From Octopus vulgaris (taxonomy: Eukaryota), in contig OX597843.1 in the NCBI GenBank assembly GCA_951406725.2, positions 6,386,001 to 6,450,000 of the forward strand: DNA of 64,000 nt, in the 5' to 3' direction. A model generated the notes under the pieces. It searched no databases and was not told the DNA's origin. It saw only the letters and a program-made list of their open reading frames with translations. Below, one piece after another: positions 39,401-51,400 of the stretch. Position 1 is the stretch's first letter. Each line of letters begins with the position of its first letter. Position numbers and translations under genes: made by a program.

Positions 39401-42400
39401 GCATCCAGCTGTAGAAACACTGCCAGATCAGACTGGAGCCTGGTGCAGCCATCTGGTTCGCCAGTCCTCAGACAAGCCGTCCAACCCATGCTAGCATGGA
39501 AAGCGGACGTTAAACGATGTTGATGATGATGTTTAGTGGTGGTGATGGAAATGGTAGTGTCTGTCGCTGTGATGGTGTTTGGTTGTGGTTATGGTGGTGG
39601 TGTTGTGCAGTGTTGGTGTGCTGAATGGAATGTAAGTGGTGGTGTTAGTGAAGGTGGTGGTAGTTGTACAATGGAGAAACAGGAAGCTGATATCTTTATA
39701 TATAAAAGTGAAGTTGTGTGAGTGTCTGTCTCCTCTGATTTAGATTCCTAACTACTCCCACATTTTGCGGTGCAGTTTAACCAAAAGCGGGTATCTTATA
39801 GTCGTGATTCATATTGAGCCCGTCTGGGTATTAGCGCGCGTCTACGATGAGTCTACGAATTAAAAAAAAATTTACCATAATTTTTTCTCACTTTTAATGC
39901 ATTTTTTTGCTATTATATAAGGGAAGTAACTCTCTAAAAATGTCTACGATGAGTATACGATTTAAAAAAAAATTTACCATCATTTTTTCCCATTTTTAAT
40001 GCATTTTTTTTGCAATTATATAAGGGAAGTAACTCTCTAAAAATGTCTACGATGAATCTACGATTTAAAAAAAAATTTACCATCATTTTCCCCCATTTTT
40101 AATGCATTTTTTTGCAATTATATAAGGGAAGTAACTCTCTAAAAATGTCTACGATGAGTCTACGATTTAAAAAAAAATTTACCATCATTTTTTCCCATTT
40201 TTAATGCATTTTTTTGCTGTTATATAAAGGAAGTAACTCTCTAAAAATGTATTATTAAATCTCAGAACATAAAAAGCTACAGTAACACCCCCCCCTCTGT
40301 GGTTAGCCCTATTGAGATGGCTATTATACTTTACATCTCTAAAAATGCTTATATAATTATTTCCCTTACAAACCCGAGCAATGCCGGGCGATACTGCTAG
40401 TTTTATATAAAATGGTATAATAGTGACAGATGCTATGCATGGTAGACTACCTTCGATCACAGGTCTGCTAGATGGTCATGGTGCACTCGGGGTTAAACAC
40501 CACCACTGCGGCTACAAGCATTCTATCTTACCTCTTCCCTTTCCCCTCACTGCCTTTCTCCACCTCCCTGCCACTACATCTTACCTCTTCCCCCTCCATA
40601 CAGCCGTCCCCACATCCCTTTCACTATATCTTACCTCTTCCATCTCCCCTTCAAGCCTTTGTCCTCCTCCTCCTCCCTGCCACTATATCTTACTGCTTTC
40701 TTCTCCACCTCCCTACCATTGGCTCTTAACTCTTCCCTCACCCTGTGGTCTTTCTCCACCTCCCTACCGTTATATCTTACCTTTTCCCTCTCCACCTCCA
40801 TAACCACTTTATCTTACCTCTTCCTGCAACCTTTCTCCACCTCCCTACTGTTGCTTCTTACCTCTCCCCCTACAGCCTTTCTCCACCTCCCTCTCATTTT
40901 ATCCTACCACTTTCCTCTTACTGTGACCTTTCTCCACCTCCTGTTGCTTCTTACCTCTTCTCTCTCCACCTCCCTACCATTGCTTTTTACCTCTCCCCCC
41001 ATCCCTGTAGCTTTTGCCCACCTCCCTACTATTGCATCTTACCTCTTCCCTCTCCCCTTGCAGCCTTCCTCCACCTCCCTACAGTTGCTTCTTACCTTTT
41101 TCCTCTCCCCTTACAGCCTTTCTCTACCTCCCTACCATTGTATCTTACCTCTTCCTCCACCTCCCTACCACTGTATCCTACCTCTTCCCTCTCCCCTTGC
41201 AGCCTTCCTCCACCTCCCTACAATTGCTTCTTACCTCTTCCCTCTCCGCACGGCCCTTCTCCACCTCCTTCAGGGCAGACAGCAACTGGTCGTTCACCCC
41301 CACCCCTTCGCTCTTCACAGCTTCGCTTTCCGACCTCATCCGGCTGACCTCCGCCTGGAGGCTGGTCACTTCATCCGTTGCAGCCTCCTTCTCCGTCTCC
41401 AGCCGGCGTACTTGCTTCTCCAGCCTGTCCTTTTCAAACTGCAATGACAACAGAAGACAAAACAACAGGGTCAGTATATAGGGGCTGGACAGCAACAGCA
41501 GACAGAGAGAGAGGAAGGGGGGGGAGTGAGGGGGAGGAGGGGGCATACAAACCGGACAATAGCAGATGGTCAGTAGGGAGTGGACACATGGAGTGTCATG
41601 TACTAAGCACCTGCAGGAGCACTCCGTCGGTTACGACGATGAGGGTTCCGGTTGATCCGAATCAACGGAACAGCCTGCTCGTGAAATTAACGTGTAAGTG
41701 GCTGAGCACTCCACAGACACGTGTACCCTTAACGTAGTTCTCGGGGAGATATTCAGCGTGATACAGAGAGTGACAAGGCCGGCCCTTTGAAATACAGGTA
41801 CAACAGAAACAGGAAGAAAGAGTGAGAGAAAGTTGTAGTGAAAGAGTACAGCAGGGATCACCACCATCCCCTGCCAGAGCTTCGTGGAGCTTTTAGGTGT
41901 TTTCGCTCAATAAACACTCACAACGCCCGGTCTGGGAATCGAAACCGCAATCCTACGACCGCGAATCCGCTGCCCTAACCACTGGGCCATTGTGCCTCCA
42001 CCTGTACTAGTGCCACAAATAAAATGCCAGTGTCACATACGCAGCACTGGTGCTGGGGCCACATAAAACCCCTCCAGACCACTCTGTTAAGTGGTTGGCC
42101 TTAGGAAGGGCATCCAGCTGTAGAAGCCAAAGCAGAACAGACCTTCCAAGTGCTGGTGCCACAATCCACCCAACCCACTTTGTAGAGTGGTTGGCATTAG
42201 AAACGGCATCCAGCCATAGAAACCGTGCTAAATGGAGGTTGGTGCAGCTCTCCAACCATGCCAACCTCCTGTTAAACCGTCCAGCCCAAACCAGCATGGG
42301 AAACAGACGTTAAATGGTGATGATATATAGATATGACATTGCCAAAGCCGGTGCTATGCAAAAGGCACCCCATATACTCTGTAAAGTGGTTGGCATTGTG

Positions 42401-45400
42401 AAGGGCATCCAGCCACAGGACCCATGCCAAAACAGACAACTGGAGCCTGGGGGCTGCTCTCCAGCCATGCCACCTCCTGTTAAACCTATTTCTTTATTAC
42501 CCACAAGGGGCTAAACACAGAGGGCACAAACAAGGACAGACATAGGTATTAAGTTGATTACATCGACCCCAGTGCGTAACTGGTACTTAATTTATCGACC
42601 TCGAAAGGATGAAAGGCAAAGTCAACCTCGGCGGAATTTGAACTCAGAACGTAACGGCAGACGAAATACCGCAAAGCATTTCGCCCGGCGTGCTAACGTT
42701 TCTGTCAGCTTGCCATCGAAAGGGGCCCATAATTAAAAAAAAGGGTTCGTTAGCAAAACCTAACGTTTCTGCCAGCTCGCCGCCTTCATAATATATAGAT
42801 ATGACATTGCCAAAGCCGGTGCTATGTAAAAGGCACTTCATATACTCTGTAAAGTGGTTGGCATTGTGAAGGGCATCCAGCCACAGGACCCATGCCAAAA
42901 ACAGACAACTGGAGCCTGGGGGCAGCTCCCCAGCCATGCCACCTCCTGTTAAACCTATTTCTTTATTACCCACAAGGGGCCAAACAAGGACAGACATAGG
43001 TATTAAGTCGATTACATCGACCCCAATGCGTAACTGGTACTTAATTTATCGACCTCGAAAGGATGAAAGGCAAAGTCAACCTCGGCGGAATTTGAACCCA
43101 GAACGTAATGGCAGACGAAATACCGCAAAGCATTTCGCCCGGCGTGCTAACGTTTCGGGCATCTTGCCACCTTCATAATATATAGATATGACATTGCTAA
43201 GGCCGGTGCCATGTAAAAGGCACCCCAAATACTCTGTAAAGTGGTTGGCATTGTGAAGGGCATCCAGCCACAGGACCCATGCCGAAATAGACAACTGGAG
43301 CCTGGGGGCAGCTCTCCAGCCATGCCACCTCCTGTTAAACCACCCAACCCAAAACCAGGATGGAAAACGGACATTAAATGGTGACGACAACGAAGAAGAA
43401 CCATTTGTATTAATAAACTGAGAAAGGGGTCCCAATGCCTGCCGAGGGGCCCAGGACTCACCAAAAGTGTCTCCTTCTCGCTCTTGACCTCCTCCAGTTC
43501 GTTCTTCTGCTCCTGGTGTTGGCTCCTCACCTCCTCCAACAGGCCACTCTTCTCCTCCGCCGTCCTCCTCGTCTCACCCAACTCCCCGTCCTTCTTCACT
43601 ATTAACTCCTCCATCTCCTTGCCAAACTCCTCACTCTGCTTCGTCAATTTACTCTGCAATTTCTCTAATTCACTATTCTGCAAAAAGAAGAAAAGAAAAA
43701 AAACAGCCCGAAATGATTACAAGGACGATTACAATGATGATGATGATGATAATGGTAGGGGTGGTGGTGAAGATGGTGGTTGTGGTGATCATGGTAACAA
43801 GGGTGATCGTGGTGGTGATGGTTGTGGTTGTAGTTGCAGAGATGGTGGAGGTGATGGTGGTTGTGGTGGTGGTTGTGGTGGTGGTTGTGGTGGTGGTGAT
43901 GGTGGTTGTGGTGGTAGTGATGGTGGTTGTGGTGGTGGTAGTGATGGTGGTTGTGGTGGTGGTGTTGATGGTTGTGGTGGTGATGGTGGCGGCGGTGGTG
44001 GTGATGATGGTGGTGGTGGCGATGGTGGTTGTGGTGGTGGTGATGGTGGTGGCTGTGGTGGTGATGGTGGTTGTGGTGATGGTGGTTGTGGTGATGGTGG
44101 TTGTGGTGATGGTGATTGTGGTGGTGGTGATGGTTGTGGTGGTGGTGATGGTGGTTGTGGTTGTGGTGGTGATTGTGGTGGTGGTGGTTGTGCAAAACAC
44201 CACCACAGAGGAACCGACACAGACTTCAATAACAAACAAACCCTGACAGGTGAATCCCGTCATGGTGAGGGATCACTGCATTATGTTACGACGTATCCTG
44301 AAGAATTCTTACCTTTTCTTCAAGTTCCGTTTGGAACCTGGTCTCCAATCCCTTCTGCTGGTTCGTCAAAGTCTCTCTGTCCTTATCCCTTTGCTCCTTC
44401 AACTGTTCAATTGTTTCGTTGAGTTTTCCAGTTCTTTGTGTAGAATTGGACAAGTCTGCTAGTAGTTCCTCGACCTTTCTGCAAGAGACCGAAAGAAGAA
44501 GACCGATGGTTGACGCTGAGAACGCAGAGGGAGAGACAGGAAGGAAGGAAAGAGGGGTAAATAGATAGGTAGATAGGTAGAGAGATAGACAGAGAGAAAA
44601 ACAAGAGAGAAAGTGAGGAACTGGAAGAGGCAGAACCAAGAATTTTGTCTTCGGATCAGGAACAAACCACGATGGACAATTCAACAAATTAAAATGTGGC
44701 AAATTTCAAAAAAAATTTCTTTGGTTGTGTGGTAAGTAGCTTGCTAACCAACCACATGGTTCCGGGTTCAGTCCCACTGCGTGGCATCTTAGGCAAGTGT
44801 CTTCTGCTATAGCCTAGGGCCGACCAATGCCTTGTGAGTGGATTTGGTAGACGGAAACTGAAAGAAGCCCGTCATATATATATGTATATATATATGCGTG
44901 TGTGTGTCTGTGTTTGTCCCCCTAGCATTGATTGACAACCGATGCTGGTGTGTTTATGTCCCCGTTACTTAGCGGTTCGGCAAAAGAAGACTGATAGAAT
45001 AAGTACTGGGCTTACAAAAGAATAAGTCCCGGGGCCGATTTGATCGACTAAAGGCGGTGCTCCAGCATGGCCGCAGTCAAATGACTGAAACAAGTAAAAG
45101 AGTAAAGAGTAATTCATAAACAGTTGAATTCAAAGTAAATAAACCACAATAAATTGTGGATGGTATTAGGAAGGGGTGTGGAGGTGCGTGGCTCAGTGGT
45201 TAGGGTGTCAGCATCATGATCGTAAAATTGTGGTTTCGATTCCTGGACCGGGCGACGCGTTGTGTCCTTGAGCAAAACACTTCATTTCACGTTGCTCCAG
45301 TCCACTCAGCTGGCAAAAATGAGTAACGCTGCGATGCACTGGCGTCCCGTCCCGCTGGGGAACACATACGCCATAGAAACCGGGAAACCGGGCCCATGAG

Positions 45401-48400
45401 CCTGGCTAGGCTTTAACCCTTTAGTGTTCAGATTACTCTGTCAAATGTAATATTTTTTCACTCAAAATATTTTGAATTAATCATGAATTATAGCTTTGAA
45501 GTTTCAATAATGTGATTGTTTATTTTTAGAATGTCAATGTAGGTTAGGTGTGAGAGGCCAGATATGGCCAGTTTGAATATAAAATATGTGGAATATCTGG
45601 GCCAGATATGGCCGGTTTAAACACTAAAGGGTTAAAAGGGCACATTTATTTATTATTAGGAAGGGCAGTCAGCTGGAGAAACCTTGCCGCAAAACAGGCA
45701 ATTGGAGCAGAGCGCAGCCCTCCTGCTTCCCCCCTGTCAAACCGTCCAACTCATACCAGTATAATGAATGGACATACGATGATGATGATGATGTAAAGCA
45801 GGGGTTCTCAAAGGGGGCAGTGGAAAGATCCGAGTGGTGGGGGGGCGTTGAAGAAAAGTGGAACGATAAATGGTGTGGCCAAGATAGAGTGATAGACATT
45901 AAAAAAATATATACTGTTTTTTACTTGTTTCAGTCATTCGACTGCGGCCATGCTGGAACACTGCCTTTTAGTCGAGCAAATCAACCCCCAGGACTTATTC
46001 TTTGTAAGCCTAGTACTTATTCTATCGGTCTCTTTTGCCGAACTGCTAAGTTACGGGGACGTAAACACACCAGCATCGGTTGTCAAGCGATGTTGGGGGG
46101 GGGGGGGGCAAACAGACAGACACACACACATATATATACGACGGGCTTCTTTCAGTTTCCGTCTACCAAATCCAACTTTTCGCATTTCAGAATTATAATA
46201 TAGATATACACACACACATACTGTATATGCACGTACATATATACATATACACATGTACAGACGCACTTCTTATTCCTCTCTGTCTCTCTCTCTCTCTACA
46301 CACACATGTATGTATATATGTACATATACATATATGCATTTATACAGGTACACACGCACTTCTATCTGTCTGCCTGTCTCACCCTATACGCACGCGCACA
46401 CGCACGGACGAAAGAGAGAAAGGGAGGGAGGCAAGAAGAGGAAGAGATAGAGAGAGAAAGGGAGGGAGGCAAGACAGGAGAGACAGGAGAGAGAGAAAGA
46501 TACGGACGAAAGAGAGAAAGGGAGGGAGGCAAGAATAGAAAGAGAAAGAGAGAGAGAGAGAGAAAGGGGGGAGGCAAGACAGGAGAGAGAGAAAGATACG
46601 GACGAAAGAGAGAAAGGGAGGGAGGCAAGAAAGGAGAGAGTCAAGAAGAGAGAGAGAGAAAGATACGGACGAAAGAGAGAAAGGGAGGGAGGCAAGAAGA
46701 TAGAGAGAGAAAGATACGGACGAAAGAGAGACAGGGAGGGAGGCAAGAAAGGAGAGAGTCAAGAAGAGAGAGAGACACGGACGAAAGAGAGAAAGACGAA
46801 GTAGGAGGAGCACAAGTATAAAAAGAAAAGGCCAGATAGAGTGACAGAAAGAGCAAGAAAGAGAGGATGAGAAGAGAGAGAGAGAGAGAGTGGGCAGGGG
46901 GGAGTAGAGCGGAAGTTTACATGACGTCATCGGTCGTCTGCCCAAACGCCGGTCGTTTTTAGAGACAACGAACGCTTCTTTCCCTTTTTTAAAAAAAAAA
47001 AATCATTGATTTATTTATTTTTTGACCCCTACCAACTGCTCCCCCCCCCCCAAAGGGGCCGATGCTGTCGAAGGGCTTAATCCGACTTTAGGCAATTTCT
47101 AAAAAATTCTTTTGTAATCTATACTTATTGTAATCGAAAAAAAAAAAAAAAAATTCGATGTAAATTTGGATTAATAAATAAATTATTATAATTAGACTGC
47201 GGCCATGCTGGGGCACCGCCTTGAAGAGTTTCTTAGACGAACAAATCGTCTCCAGTGCTTATTCTATCGGTTTCTTTTGCCGAACCGCTAAGTTACTCGG
47301 ACAACACACACCAGTTGTCAAGCCGTGTAGGGAAACTGACAGACAGACACACGTACACACACGATGGGCTTCTTTCAGTTTCCCTCTACCAAATCCATTC
47401 GCAAGGCTTTGAGTCGGCCCGAGGGTGCCACACAGTGGGATCGAACCTGGAACCGTGGGGTTGGGAAGCAAGCTGCTTACCACACAGCCAAGCCTGTGTA
47501 TGCAATTGTTCTACCCTTTTAAATTATAAGCTGAACTGAGAAATTTCGGTCGGACAGGGATAATAAATTTACCAGAGAGGGTCGGGAATCTGGAATTTAA
47601 AAAAAAATTGCCACACTTTAAGAAAAGGGCAATCTTTCGTCTCTAGTAGACCTTTCCGCCGATTTCCATAAAAAAATTTTTTTTTTTTACATATGGGCTT
47701 GCGGGAACTTTTGAAGTAATGAGAGCGAAAGAGACTAAGAGAAAGCGATTGTATGACGAGGGAAGTTCTTTTGAAGTTACCGAAGCATTGATGTACATGT
47801 GTGTGTGTGTGTGTGTGTTTGATGGGGTGTGGGAGACAGACAGTATGTTGTGTAAGTGAAGTGCTTCTGTTAGTGTGTGTGAAGAGACAGAGAGAGTAAT
47901 GTGTGAAAGAGAGAGATAACTGAAATTTTTTACTCGGTGTATGTGTATATGTATGTATGCATGCATGTATGTGTGTGTGTGTATGTATGCATGTATGTGT
48001 GTGTGTGTATGTATGTATATTACTTCAAAAGTTTCCGCAAGCCCATATGTAAAAAAAAAAAATTTTTTTACGGAAATCGACGGAAAGGTCTACTAGAGAC
48101 GAAAGATCGCCAATAAATTTATCAGAAAGGGTCGGGAATCTGGAATTTAAAAGAAATTTGCCACACTTTAAGACAAGATCTGAAGACAAAAGGTTCTCAC
48201 ACAATCCATCCCCCAAAATAAATAAAATAAACTGAATGAAAACAATTCAAAAACATTAAAGGCAAGGAACAAACCATAAAAAAAACGAATAAAATATATT
48301 TTTTATAGAAAAAGCAACAATTTGAATGGGGAGAAAGAGAAAGTAAGAAAGAGAGAGAGAGAAAGAGAGAGAGAAAGAGAAAGAGATAGATAGAAAGAAA

Positions 48401-51400
48401 GAGAGAGAGAGAGAGAAGTGCGAGAGGATCGCAATTTGAAGAAATCAAGGGGAGATAATTCACACAGAACATGTTGAGAATAAGTGAAGATACTCACCAA
48501 TGACAGCTGCATAGAATTATATATAATTAACGGGGTTACACAGGTTTAAACACACCAGAACAACACAGAACAATAAACAACAACAACAATAAACAATAAC
48601 TGCAATAACAAAGAGTCGGGAGTAACTTCTGCAGGGAGGAAGTTGTACGGTTTTGCTAGAAAGTGCAGCAAAATCGCTCCACTCGCTCAGATTATAGATT
48701 TATATATACGCCACAAGTACCTGTCGAAGAGGAAGGCCTATTTCTTTACTACCCACAAGGGGCTACTCACAGAGGGGAGAAACAAGGTCAGACAAACGGA
48801 TTAAGTTGATTATATCGACCCCAAATTTCGCCGAGGTCGACTTTGTCTTTCATCCTTTCGGGGTCGATAAATTAAGTACCAGTTACGCACTAGGGTCGAT
48901 GTAAACGACTTAATCCGTTTGTCTGTCCTTGTTTGTCCCCTCTGTGTTTAGCCCCTTGTGGGTAGTAAAGAAATATATATCGACCCCAGTGCGTAACTGG
49001 TACTTATTCAATCGACCACGAAAGAATGAAAGGCAAAGTCGACCTCGGCGGAATTTAAACTCAGAACGTAGCGGCAGACGAAATACCGCAAAGCATTTCG
49101 CCCGGCGTGCTTACTATTCTGCCAGCTCGCCGCCTTCGAAGAGGAAGGCCACATCGATACAGTGCATATATGGGTGTGTGTGTATGCTGTAGTCCTATAT
49201 GCAGTATGAAACGAATTTGTAGGCGCAGGTTGTGAAGCCATCTAAAAAGTACTGGGCAAACCTATGGCCATAGGGTCTGCAAGAGCAATTCTGACCCGAG
49301 ACAAGACAACATACATTATACAATATCAAGGACTCTGGACAGAATCGGGTACTTAAATGATATGCACCAGGGTGGGTTGAATTAAAACTGTAAGCACCAC
49401 CTTTAGTCGAATAAACACACTGGGTACCGAAGTACACACAGTAGAATATTCAGGTTGTGTACAAAGAGAAAACCGCCCCTACGAGTATTTAGCGCCTAGG
49501 GGCAGGTCCACAGCGCACTTTGTGTTGATCACACAGTGTTTGGTATATTTTAGGATGTCCGACGGGTCGTGGGTCGCTTTTGGTGTATTATAAGCAAATA
49601 AACACATAACAAGCATCTGTTATTCATTCATTTACATTCATGCAGACATTATGTATACACAGACATAAATATATACTATATACACATACAACTACATAAC
49701 ATATATATATACACAAAAATACATACGTACATACACAGGACAATTACCGTTCACATATCAAATATTAAAACAGTTATTAGTGAACAATTATCAACCCGAA
49801 CGAAATACTTTTTAAGCTCCCTGTTAGTACGCCAAGCTAAGTATATTGTTTAGATTAGTGGAGAAATTCGCGTATTCTTGAGCCAGGGTCCGGGGTTACA
49901 GTTCATTACCATTCTATATCGTAATTCCATGGCTATGTTCCAGTTAAACCGGTTTATGTATGTATGTATATATATATCGGTCAGTAATTCATATATCTGA
50001 AAAGAAGCTGGCTCTAAAACCGCAGTAATATTTGGGTTGTTTGTTAAGGCCGGTCAGAGAGTGACAATCGATCTCAAAACCTAGAAAGCACTTGGCAGTT
50101 GGCAATATAGGCGACTCATCCGCATCAACTGACCAGAGTCGTATGCACGGCTCAGTGGTTAGAGCGACGAGCTCACAATCATGCGGCAGTGGGTTCGATT
50201 TCCCGGACCGACGGGGCTGTGTGTTGCGTTCTTGAGCAAGACACTTTATTTCACGTTGCTCCTGGTTCACTCGTCTGAGGAAATGAGTTGCGACATCACA
50301 GGTGCCAAGCTCCATCGGCCCCTTTGCCTTTACCCTTGGACAACATCAGTAGTGTGAAGAGGGGAGGCTGGTATGCATGGTCATTCATGACCGAAGGGTC
50401 TTTATTGTTATATATATATAATCTTTTACGCAGTCACTGGATTGCGGCCATGCTGAAGCATCGCTTTGACGGGTTTCAGTCCAACAAATCGACTCAAGGA
50501 CCAAAGTATTTTTCAAGTCTCGTACTTTTACTTTCATCCCATCAGTCGCTTTTGCCAAACTGTTCAGTCACGGGGCCATAAACAAACTAACACCGCTTGT
50601 CAAGCGGTGGACACATACACAAGTGCAAGCGCGGGCTATGGGCTTCCACAGATTCTGTCTACCAAATTCTTTCACAAGGAATTCGTCGGCCTCGGGTCAC
50701 AGTGGGAGACACTTGCTCAAGGTGCCGTGCAGTGAGACTGAACCCATAACCCCGTGACTGCAAAATGATCACACAGCCATGCCAGCGACTATATATATAT
50801 ATAGGCGTAGGAGTGGCTGTGTGGTAAGTAGCTTGCTTACCACCCACATGGTTCTGGGATCAGTCCCACTGCCTGGCACCTTGGGCAAGTGTCTTCTATA
50901 GCTTTGTGAGTGGATTTGGTAGACGGAAACTTAAAGAAGCCCGTCGTATATATGTATGTGTGTGTCTGTGTTTGTCCTCCCAACATCGCTTGACAACCAA
51001 TGCTGGTGTGTTTACGTCCTCGTAACTTAGCGGTTCAGCAAAACAGACCGATAGAATAAGTACTAGGCTTACAAAGAAAAAGTCATGGGGTCGATTTGCT
51101 TGACTAAAAGGCGGTGCTCCAGCATGGCCGCAGTCAAATGACTGAAAAGAGTAAAAGATATATATATATGCATGCATGCATACATGGTAGAATAACATTT
51201 GTAGGTATATTGGCTGCTATTTCTAGCAACATAAGCGTCCACTTAGAGAGCGACCCCCTCAACAGAGCTACTGACGAAGAGGGTGTTACTCATCCTCAGA
51301 GTTGGTGGAGACGACGGTGGTGTCCCCTACTGAAGCAGTACAAAAAGAGGGTGAATGGGTGCAAGGAGGAGACAACTCTTTCTCCTCTCTCTCTCTCTCT

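Noticed and set aside
41930-42000. tRNA gene
   Set aside because: tRNA-like A/B boxes continue into a SINE body without a paired acceptor stem or oligo-T terminator; the same applies to the other SINE heads
43484-44422. 312-aa Gly-rich ORF and poly-His/Thr/Val/Pro ORFs
   Set aside because: Produced by a GGT/GAT/TGT triplet repeat in an intron plus the antisense of exons B and C
51271-51310. Hammerhead (CTGACGA followed by a hairpin)
   Set aside because: No GAAA or stem III follows
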